Of a stretch of DNA of 58,247 nt, positions 48,404 through 56,542 are shown piece by piece. This DNA comes from Myxococcota bacterium (GTDB taxonomy: Bacteria > Myxococcota > XYA12-FULL-58-9 > JABJBS01). The notes beneath the pieces are model-generated. The model was not told the DNA's origin, did no database searches, and worked only from the letters and a program-made list of their open reading frames with translations. The translations under genes were made by a program, and so were the position numbers. How positions within the stretch are numbered: position 1 is the stretch's first letter; the number at the start of each line of letters is the position of its first letter. The stretch is taken from contig JAYZAY010000102.1 of assembly GCA_036339465.1 (NCBI GenBank), positions 1-58,247 on the forward strand, written 5' to 3'.

Positions 48404-50110
48404 TTATACAAACGACCTCCGCCGAGCTCCGTACCAAAACAACAAGCCCCCCATAAACAAAAGAAAGATATTTGGGCCTCCCGATTGTGTATCAACGCCC
48501 GTCCCATGACATCCACTTCCGACACATTCGGAATCACAAGGACATCCCTCATCACATCCCACAAACTTATCACAAGAACATCCACTCGAGGATAAACAGT
48601 CGGGATCACAAGAACATCCCACCTCACAGCCCCAATACTGGTCACAAGAACAACCCAAGGACAGATCCTCTCCCCCCTCTTGCACCATCGTTCCCCCCTC
48701 GTTGCCTCCAATCGTATTGCCACCACAATTAGAGCTGCAGAGACAACCTGCATCGCAATTCGCCGTTGAATTACAACCGCAAGCATCCTCATTTCCACTA
48801 CCGTTGGTATTGTCACCGTTGGTATTGGCACCATTGGTATTGTCACCATTGGTATTGGCACCATTGGTATTGTCACCATTGGTATTGTCACCATTGGTAT
48901 TGGCACCACCTTCTCCAGTGCTACCACCCTCGAATTCGACGCAAACACTCACGTCACCCACATTGCTGCAACTTCTACCGTCACAGTCCGCATTGGATCG
49001 ACAAATCTCGTAACAAGACTGGACCGTGCCATAACGCAAACAAATATTCCCTAGAGCACAGACAGCCCCTGGACCACATGCATCACCAGCTCCCGGACCA
49101 TCAAGACTGCAACTATTCGCATATGGAAAACACCCCCCAGCATCCCCTTCCACCGAATAACAACCGAAGCCAAACGGACAATGACCATCCTGACTACATG
49201 GCCGAGAACAAAACACACCTGCTTGGGACTGGACACAAAATGAGGCGTCAATACAATCAAGGGTTCCGCATGGCCCACAGTTTTGGTCTCCACCTACGGA
49301 AGTCGTGGCTCGCGGTTGGCATAATCCATTGTCGCATTCATAACTGTTGGGACAATCACCATCATTCGTACAATCGTCACTACAATATCCATTCGGGTGA
49401 CAGACCCCTGAATCACAGTCACTGTTATCGCGACAAGCTGAACCGGCAGCTCCTGTTACCGGATACAAACTGCAAACGCCTGCAATATCGTCTTGAGTCA
49501 GAACTCGAACATTTCCCCCCGTGTGGCCTGCGCACATAACTGCGGGATAAGCGCCATCCCAGGCCTGACAGGCCTGACGTTTGTCGTAGTCGTAATCATC
49601 GTAGTGATCTAAACCCACAAAATGGCCAAATTCGTGCGTGGCAATACTCTGAACATCGGTATTGGCACCATCGGTACCCCATGTATAATTGTAATCATTG
49701 AAAACCACTTGACTGCGATAGTTCTTGCTGCCCGATGAAACCGTCAATGTCACACCAATGGTTCCAGAGCCCGCCCCCACCGAACCCCAATCCTGCTCCC
49801 AATAAACCCAATGCTCTTCAGAGTTTGTACTAGGGAAACCAGAACAACTTGATTCCTTATGTCTATAGCCGCTACATTCAAGACTCGAATGACTCCAATT
49901 ACCCATGGCGGATTGGAGGGCCAACAAGAATGCGCCCCGTTTGTTTGCGCTGTTTGCGCCACTGGCCGTCTCCACCGCTGGACACCACGCAACACCATTG
50001 GGATACTCATTCATATACCATTTGGTTCCCATCAATTCGTAAGCAGAAGCCAATTGAGGAAAACAGAAACCGAGTAAAATCAGCCCCGTGAAAATACGCT
50101 TATTTTTCAT
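48404..50110 (-). CDS. Matrixin (M10/metzincin) zinc metalloprotease with Cys-rich repeats and MYXO-CTERM-like anchor
   Basis: Signal peptide; HEFGHFVGLDH; AVM Met-turn; LTQDDIAG; many Cys repeats; C-terminal GC...hydrophobic helix...RRR. Confidence 0.88.
   Translation of the reverse strand: MKNKRIFTGLILLGFCFPQLASAYELMGTKWYMNEYPNGVAWCPAVETASGANSANKRGAFLLALQSAMGNWSHSSLECSGYRHKESSCSGFPSTNSEEHWVYWEQDWGSVGAGSGTIGVTLTVSSGSKNYRSQVVFNDYNYTWGTDGANTDVQSIATHEFGHFVGLDHYDDYDYDKRQACQAWDGAYPAVMCAGHTGGNVRVLTQDDIAGVCSLYPVTGAAGSACRDNSDCDSGVCHPNGYCSDDCTNDGDCPNSYECDNGLCQPRATTSVGGDQNCGPCGTLDCIDASFCVQSQAGVFCSRPCSQDGHCPFGFGCYSVEGDAGGCFPYANSCSLDGPGAGDACGPGAVCALGNICLRYGTVQSCYEICRSNADCDGRSCSNVGDVSVCVEFEGGSTGEGGANTNGDNTNGDNTNGANTNGDNTNGANTNGDNTNGSGNEDACGCNSTANCDAGCLCSSNCGGNTIGGNEGGTMVQEGGEDLSLGCSCDQYWGCEVGCSCDPDCLSSSGCSCDKFVGCDEGCPCDSECVGSGCHGTGVDTQSGGPNIFLLFMGGLLFWYGARRRSFV
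48801..48905. repeat. 15-bp coding tandem repeat x7, encoding (G-A/D-N-T-N)7
   Basis: Unit cc(a/g)ttggtattg(t/g)ca within the matrixin stalk. Confidence 0.95.
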
Positions 50111-50691
50111 CGCGTACCTCCCCGCACCATCTTCTCCAACAGAAGCTCAAACGCATGGAGTTCTTTCACGGTATCGACATCTGGGCGTGGAATAAATTGA
50201 GCTCGACCGCCCTTTAGAATCGCAAATTGCACAGGCCCCAACTCTCGAAACACAAGAGCAGAGTCACCACGTCGCTCTACTCGGTATTTCCCCGAACCAA
50301 TTCCCAATTCGACAAAGTGCTCCCCTGCTGCCTCCGCAAATACAATGACTTCTTCGCCAATTCGGAATTCGCTGCTTCCTGGTATGTTCAGAGTCTCCTC
50401 CCTGAAATTTCCACCGAGAACAGAAAGCTCGAAAGTAGACCCTAGTTTTTCATCGGCTTTATAACCCCAAAGCACCTCAAGATAGACCCGCCGAAAAATC
50501 ATGCCATCACGTTTTTCAGTGATCACATTGTTCACATATCCTCTAACGACCACGTTGGCTGTGTCGACCATTTCTTGATCGGTCATCCAGCGAACAACCG
50601 TAGACAAGCCTAGAGAAGGCAACAAAAACCCTGCTCCCAGAACCAAGCAAGCAGGCAAATACATCCTAATTTTAAAATGAATCATCATCAC
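50107..50691 (-). CDS. Hypothetical secreted protein coupled to the matrixin
   Basis: Signal peptide; EMVDTANVVVRGYV...V...YK...VLGG...PG..EF.IGEEVIVF pattern; ATGA overlap with the protease start. Confidence 0.75.
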   Translation of the reverse strand: MMMIHFKIRMYLPACLVLGAGFLLPSLGLSTVVRWMTDQEMVDTANVVVRGYVNNVITEKRDGMIFRRVYLEVLWGYKADEKLGSTFELSVLGGNFREETLNIPGSSEFRIGEEVIVFAEAAGEHFVELGIGSGKYRVERRGDSALVFRELGPVQFAILKGGRAQFIPRPDVDTVKELHAFELLLEKMVRGGTR

Positions 50692-50934
50692 AACTTCTAA
50701 AATAATAGCTCAATTACTGGAAAAGTGTTTCATCTAATGGGCAATTAAATGAGTTTACCTAAGTCGTGAGAAAGCCCAATAGACCAAAAAGCTTACTCCC
50801 ATACAGCGAACCTAAAGCGTTGGTAACACGCATGCCCGAAGCCAGCAATTATTTATAGGAAGGCACATCCAAAAATAATGGAAACCCAATCTTTTCTCTT
50901 CAACAAAAAAGAGAGAAGTTGCCCATTCCATGAG

Positions 50935-52407
50935 TTAAGGAATTGAAACTTCTCTTTCACGGCATCCTTCTCGATAAATTTCGATAGCGCGTTGAAAAGC
51001 CACCACCACGGCTGGATCAAATTGGCGTCCGGCACAACGAACCAATTCGCGAATTGCCATTCCATGAGGCATCGCCTGACGGTAAGGTCGGTCCGTCGTC
51101 ATTGCGTCGTAGGTATCTGCCACTGCCAAAATTCGAGCTTCAATGGGGATCTCGTCAGCCCGCAAACCGGCGGGATAACCCCGACCATCCCATGACTCAT
51201 GATGGTGATACACACAGGGAACCAGATGTCTTAAGAACTGAATAGGTTCGATAATTCGACGCCCCTGCTCTGGGTGGGTCTTTAAGAGAGCGTATTCTTC
51301 GGGGGTTAGTTTTCGTGGGAGATTCAATTCGGCCGCGGGAATTCCTATCTTTCCAATGTCGTGCATCCGACCACCGTGCTCGACCGTATCGGTCATAACA
51401 CTCCCAAGCCCCATTGCTTCAGCCGTAATACGACCATAAATGGCAACTCGGTCTGAATGACCGTAAGTATAGGGATCCTTTGCTTCCAATGCCCGAGTCA
51501 ACCCCTCTAGGGTTCCTTGGATGGTGGTCCGAAGTTCACGGTACATTCGATCCGTTTCTATGGCGTTACCGGCCCTACTGGCCAACACTGAAAGCGCTCG
51601 ACGATTTGACTCATTGAATTCTCGCCCCGGCGTATAGCCATAGACACTCAAAGCCCCAACCGTCTTACCTCGAAGTCGAATAGGCACGATCATCAGGGCC
51701 TGAAGACAGTGACCATCCATTTTCGGCTTTCTTAAAACGCCTTGCAGCTCACCGACATCGTTACAAACAATCGACTCGCCCTCCAGGAGTTTCGGGATAA
51801 TGACATCCGAATCAATCTCAACTTCAAGAACACGTGGCTCAGTACAAAAAGTATCCACCCATTGATAACCATTGGCGTTCAGCATCTGAATTCTAACACC
51901 TTCAACCCCAATGGAATCGTCGACCACGGCAGCAATGATCTCTATCTGCTCTTGGAGAGGCTCCGTATTTGAAAGAGCCTCAGACATCTCGTAAACGCCA
52001 ACAAGCTCTCTTAAACTCTTATTTTCCGACTCCAAAACGCGCTGTCGGAGGGCCCGTCGAATAAGATTGACAATCTGGTCCGGCTTAAAGGGTTTCAAAA
52101 GATAGTCATAGACACCCAACTTCATCGCCTCAATAGCACTCTCGACGGTGCCATAACCGGTCATAAGAATACCGACCAATTCTGATTTGTTCTTTCTGAC
52201 TTCCCTAAAAAGGTCAATGCCACTCATTTCGGGGAGCTTAAGGTCTGTGAGAATCAACGAAACCTCATTTTGCTCAATAAATTTCAGTGCTTGTCGTGGA
52301 AGACCGGTAGAAAATGTGCGGAAACCTGCCTCCCCTAGACACTCTTCGAGTAGCTCTCTAATGATTGGCTCATCCTCTACAATGACCAACAAATCCGGCA
52401 AATTCAT
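50935..52407 (-). CDS. Response regulator with GAF and HD-GYP (c-di-GMP phosphodiesterase) domains
   Basis: VEDE...TDLKLP...KP receiver; GAF; KDPYTYGHS, HDIGK, HHE.WDGRGYP and DAMTTDRPY motifs. Confidence 0.95.
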   Translation of the reverse strand: MNLPDLLVIVEDEPIIRELLEECLGEAGFRTFSTGLPRQALKFIEQNEVSLILTDLKLPEMSGIDLFREVRKNKSELVGILMTGYGTVESAIEAMKLGVYDYLLKPFKPDQIVNLIRRALRQRVLESENKSLRELVGVYEMSEALSNTEPLQEQIEIIAAVVDDSIGVEGVRIQMLNANGYQWVDTFCTEPRVLEVEIDSDVIIPKLLEGESIVCNDVGELQGVLRKPKMDGHCLQALMIVPIRLRGKTVGALSVYGYTPGREFNESNRRALSVLASRAGNAIETDRMYRELRTTIQGTLEGLTRALEAKDPYTYGHSDRVAIYGRITAEAMGLGSVMTDTVEHGGRMHDIGKIGIPAAELNLPRKLTPEEYALLKTHPEQGRRIIEPIQFLRHLVPCVYHHHESWDGRGYPAGLRADEIPIEARILAVADTYDAMTTDRPYRQAMPHGMAIRELVRCAGRQFDPAVVVAFQRAIEIYREGCREREVSIP

Positions 52408-52554
52408 ACAACATCCCAGCTAACATTCGCTTTTTCCCCACTCCCGCCCTACGCAAAAATGACGAATCACGCAAGCAGCATTTGACAATCATTTTCTTGG
52501 CCTCTAGGTACCATTCGCCCAGTTGTTAACAACTCACAGACAGGGAACCATGAC

Positions 52555-53595
52555 ATGAGAGGAAAACTTTTGCGCCGTGCCTACTTCTCGGTGGCAGCGC
52601 TCTATCTACTATTGAGCTCGGCGTGTGCCGCAGATATCCTGGAACGACTCGTTTTCAAAACAGAAGTCTTCAATCAACAATCCACTGCACAGATCGACAT
52701 TTTGTGGGTGATTGACAACTCAAGTAGTATGGCCCCCTACCAGGCAGCGATTGGAAACTCATTCGAAGCGTTCATTGCCAATCTTCTTGAAAGTAGTGTG
52801 GATTATCATATCGGGGTAATCTCCACCGACACCCACGACGGCGGAAAACTACACGTCGGAAGCCAGCAAACCAAATTTTTAACCAAGGACTTGGGTAAGG
52901 ATGAAGCCAAAAACATCTTTCTAGAGAACGTAAAAGTTGGCAACACCGGCTCCCCCATTGAAAAAGCTTTCGAGAGCGCAGCCACAGCCATTGGAAAGGG
53001 ACTTACCTGGCGGCCTGATCAATCTCCTGCGCCAACCGACACCGAATTCTTCAGACCCAACGCAGCCCTCTACATTATCATGGTGAGTGACGAAGATGAT
53101 AAGAGCTTCGGTTCTGTAAGCTACTACCGAAAATTATTTGAGAGTTACAAAGGTGCGGGCAATGAAGCAATTATCAGTGTTTCCGCAATCGTTGGTGATC
53201 CCGGAGTGGGATGCCAGGTCACGACCGGTGGGGTCTCCGGAGCTGCTGCTCCAGGTGAACGCTACATTGATCTTGCCGCCCAAACCGGCGGTATTTTCGC
53301 AAGCATTTGCGATGACTTTAGTGAAACGCTCAAGGAGCTGTCACTTTCAGCAACGGGACTCCAATCTCGATTTGAACTAAATGCGCGACCCAACCCCCAA
53401 GCACGCGTACAATGTGGAGACAATTCCTTCAATGCATTTTGCGTCAAAGTAGACAACGTCATTATCGAGAAAACCGGTAGCGACCGTTCCATCGGCTGGA
53501 GCTACAGCACTCCAGATAACGCCATCGTGTTTGGTCCGAAAAGCGTACCCAACCCGCAATCCCAGATTACCGTCAAATACCAGGAGCAGCGATAA
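52555..53595 (+). CDS. vWA (MIDAS) domain lipoprotein, CglB-like family
   Basis: Lipobox LSSAC; DILWVIDNSSSM (DxSxS), GVISTD, MVSDEDD and GG.FASIC motifs. Confidence 0.8.
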   Translation: MRGKLLRRAYFSVAALYLLLSSACAADILERLVFKTEVFNQQSTAQIDILWVIDNSSSMAPYQAAIGNSFEAFIANLLESSVDYHIGVISTDTHDGGKLHVGSQQTKFLTKDLGKDEAKNIFLENVKVGNTGSPIEKAFESAATAIGKGLTWRPDQSPAPTDTEFFRPNAALYIIMVSDEDDKSFGSVSYYRKLFESYKGAGNEAIISVSAIVGDPGVGCQVTTGGVSGAAAPGERYIDLAAQTGGIFASICDDFSETLKELSLSATGLQSRFELNARPNPQARVQCGDNSFNAFCVKVDNVIIEKTGSDRSIGWSYSTPDNAIVFGPKSVPNPQSQITVKYQEQR

Positions 53596-54734
53596 TGAGA
53601 CAATTGATTAGAATCGGCCTATGGGTGCTACTCAGTCTGACGCTAGCCTGTACCCAAGACAGCACCAGTGGCGGAAATGGCTGTGAATCCGACGACGACT
53701 GTCCCGCTAGCCTAACCTGTAACGCACGAACCTATGCGTGCAGCTGTGCGACAGATGACGCTTGTAGCGATGCTTACGGCGAAGGCTTTGAATGTAACGA
53801 TTTTCAATTGTGCCAGCCGCGGCCCCCATGTGTCGGAAATTCAGACTGCGGCGAAGGTGAAATCTGTAATTCCAGTGATTCATCGGGAGGTGAATGCATT
53901 CCTTCCGGTGGCTGCGGAAGCACGGTCCACTGCGATTTCAATGAATATTGTAGTGATGGAGCCTGTAAGCCTGGCTGCCGAGAAGTAGGTGACTGTCAAC
54001 TCGGATACATCTGTGAAGCCGGCCAATGCACCCCTGGCGATTGTAGCTCTTGTCCCATGGAGCCAGATCCTGACATGACCTACTGCCCCTATGGAGAGAT
54101 ATGCGACAACGGTGCTTGCAGGCCACACACTAAAAAGAACAAGCTCTGTCAAAGCGAGTGCTCTCCTAAAAGCCAATTTGACTTCAACTTCAAAGAATGC
54201 GGCGTGGATCTCATTTGTTTGGTCGATCCTACCAAAGCCAACGGAAGCTATTGCTCACCTGTCTGCCAGCAAAATGCTGATTGCCCCAGCGGTTACGGCT
54301 CCTGTAATTCCTTGACCATTGTCTCCAGAGAGAAGGAATGTCAGACCGATAGTCAGTGCAATGGACTTAAGTGTCTGAAACAACCCGAAGACAACATCGG
54401 TTTTTGTGAATGCGCAAGTGATAGCGAGTGTGTGCCACGGGGACTCTGTGCTTTTGGTAGGTGTCTAGGCTCTGATATATTGTCCCTTGGTGCTGCCTGT
54501 ACCGATGATTATGATTGCCTATGTGATGCCACTAAAGGTACCTGCCTAAACAATCCCGGTGTTCAATGCTCCTCAGCTCAGGAATGCGCGAGTAGCTGTA
54601 CCGATGTCGGTGGGGTTCAGACTTGCGTCACCAATTGGAAAGCCTGCGGTAAAGGAGACGGTGTCTCATGTGACGACCTAAAAGGCGTAAGTCCTTGTGA
54701 AGAGCTCAATGGTACGGCTGGTACCGTTAATTAA
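53595..54734 (+). CDS. Cysteine-rich repeat lipoprotein
   Basis: Lipobox LTLAC; dense C-x4-C modules along the whole length; TAATG overlap with the vWA gene. Confidence 0.82.
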   Translation: MRQLIRIGLWVLLSLTLACTQDSTSGGNGCESDDDCPASLTCNARTYACSCATDDACSDAYGEGFECNDFQLCQPRPPCVGNSDCGEGEICNSSDSSGGECIPSGGCGSTVHCDFNEYCSDGACKPGCREVGDCQLGYICEAGQCTPGDCSSCPMEPDPDMTYCPYGEICDNGACRPHTKKNKLCQSECSPKSQFDFNFKECGVDLICLVDPTKANGSYCSPVCQQNADCPSGYGSCNSLTIVSREKECQTDSQCNGLKCLKQPEDNIGFCECASDSECVPRGLCAFGRCLGSDILSLGAACTDDYDCLCDATKGTCLNNPGVQCSSAQECASSCTDVGGVQTCVTNWKACGKGDGVSCDDLKGVSPCEELNGTAGTVN

Positions 54735-54737
54735 CTT

Positions 54738-54779
54738 ACTGGTACACCATTCATTGACACTGGCACACCATTTATTAAC
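54738..54779. repeat. Imperfect 21-bp tandem duplication
   Basis: actggtacaccattcattgac / actggcacaccatttattaac directly after the stop codon. Confidence 0.7.
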
Positions 54780-54924
54780 TTGGTTGACTGGTCGTAGCGC
54801 TATCTACTCTCCGCTTCTATATCCCCACCACCCTGCGGTTCTAACGCCACCACCGGATATCGATTAATCGCCATTTGGCCTTTCAAGCACGGGTCTACCG
54901 ATACATTGAAACTCTTGAATTTAC

Positions 54925-55008
54925 CGGTATTTCGGTCTTGAGACTATCGCTTGTAAGCGTCGGTATTTCGGTCTTGAAACTATCGCTTGTAGGCGTCGGT
55001 ATTTCGGT
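54925..55008. repeat. 36-bp tandem repeat, about 2.3 copies
   Basis: cggtatttcggtcttga(g/a)actatcgcttgta(a/g)gcgt twice plus a 12-bp partial copy; no spacers. Confidence 0.93.
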
Positions 55009-55111
55009 TTTATGTGTATTTCAACGAAAACCATGTGGAACAACGAAAGGAAAATGAGAACAAACCACGATGGGGCTACTCCACCCTTAAAACCAACAAC
55101 AAATGCCGAAA

Positions 55112-56179
55112 CTATTCTGTCGCAGATGGAGCCTGGGTATCCTTCAATGCTGTTTCTGTTTTCGCCTTGGGAGTACCTGGCGGAGGCACAATCGGTTTCC
55201 CAATAACCGGCTTGGGTAACTCAAATTTCAGCATTTGCTCCACTTGAGCTTTTGTTTTCAAATCCCGTAGAACATCACGCCGGCGCTTATTCTTATTTCT
55301 TGCCGTCAACGAATTCTTAATATTTGCTTCCACCTCTTCATAGCTTCGTTGCTTCTCTTCCTGCTTTTCAAATACCTTAATCACTTCGAAACCCAATCGC
55401 GTTTCAACAACATCCGATACGGTGCCTGGCTTCAAAGAAAATGCAACTTCATCAAATTTAGGGGGCATCCTTCCTTTACTTAGCCACCCGAGCTCACCAC
55501 CCCGACTCGCCTCTGGCCCGTTGGAGAGCTCTTTGGCCAATACGGCGAAATCAGCATCTTTCTTGGATGCCTTCGCTTGTGTGGTTTTGGCTTTATCCAA
55601 CAGCTTCTTCTTCTTGTCTGAAGAACCCTTGGGATCCACCCTGAACAAAATCCGAGCCGCTCGAACCTGCTCCCGCTGTACAAAGCGAGATTTATTGTCC
55701 TCGTAGTATTTTTTCACTTCCTCTGGCGTCACTTCGGCGGCACCTGCCATTTTCTCTACCACAAGATCCCGAAGAAGCGTTCTTCGAAGATCTGCTTTCA
55801 TATTCTCTTCTGTATTATTCGAGCGTTGTAAATAATCCTGAAACGCCTGCTTTGTCCGAAACCGCTTCTTATGTGCGTCGAATTTTTCATCGAGCTCTTC
55901 ATCAGAAATAGCAACCTTCAATGCCACAGCTTTCTGCTCGATCACTTTGTCGTCGACCATTCGTCGAAGAACACTCTCCTTAATACGTACATCAATACCA
56001 GGAGGAAGCCCTTGCCCTTGACCGCGATATCGGGCCAGGTTGCGCTCCAGCAATTTTTCGTAGTCTGCCTTGAGAATAACTTCTCCATTCACTTTCGCTG
56101 CAATATCCTTGGGGTCAACCTTTTGAGATGTTTCACACCCCATAAGTAAAACTAAACCGATCAAAATAATTCGCCGCAT
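55112..56179 (-). CDS. Parvulin-type peptidyl-prolyl isomerase lipoprotein (SurA/PrsA-like)
   Basis: Lipobox LLMGC; AAKVNGEVI SurA-N region; FAVLAKELS..GGELGW...F..VAF PPIase domain. Confidence 0.9.
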   Translation of the reverse strand: MRRIILIGLVLLMGCETSQKVDPKDIAAKVNGEVILKADYEKLLERNLARYRGQGQGLPPGIDVRIKESVLRRMVDDKVIEQKAVALKVAISDEELDEKFDAHKKRFRTKQAFQDYLQRSNNTEENMKADLRRTLLRDLVVEKMAGAAEVTPEEVKKYYEDNKSRFVQREQVRAARILFRVDPKGSSDKKKKLLDKAKTTQAKASKKDADFAVLAKELSNGPEASRGGELGWLSKGRMPPKFDEVAFSLKPGTVSDVVETRLGFEVIKVFEKQEEKQRSYEEVEANIKNSLTARNKNKRRRDVLRDLKTKAQVEQMLKFELPKPVIGKPIVPPPGTPKAKTETALKDTQAPSATE

Positions 56180-56542
56180 CCGGGCTACCCTCCGCATTAA
56201 CATTTAAAACAGTCCATGGACTTTGTACCTTGCTCAGCTCTCCTCGGTCAAGGAAAGAGCAAAACCAAAAAACGAGCCCAATTAGCCAATAGCATGAACA
56301 GGTTTTTCTCTTAAGAAATACAAGCTTGGGTTTATAACTTGCGAGGAAACGGAGAAGCTTCACCCATGTGTCAGAGCCGCGTGAAGTTCATGGCGCGCGG
56401 TTCCCCACGTTTTATTCGAGACAAGGCCGAAAAAGACCGAGCCCTCAGGGATAGGCATCCTGACCAGGCCTGGAGCACAGACATCCACCCCCAAAAAAAC
56501 GAAGTAGATCAAGGTTATACAGACAAGGTTCCTGCAATATTC

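Noticed and set aside
48766..49539. His/Trp/Cys-rich plus-strand ORF (HHWYC repeats) as a metal-binding protein
   Set aside because: It is the antisense shadow of the 15-bp repeat and Cys-rich region of the matrixin gene. The alternative-frame ORF 48376-48948 is rejected for the same reason.
54925..55008. Degenerate CRISPR array (36-bp unit)
   Set aside because: Copies abut directly with no unique spacers, and there are only about 2.3 copies.
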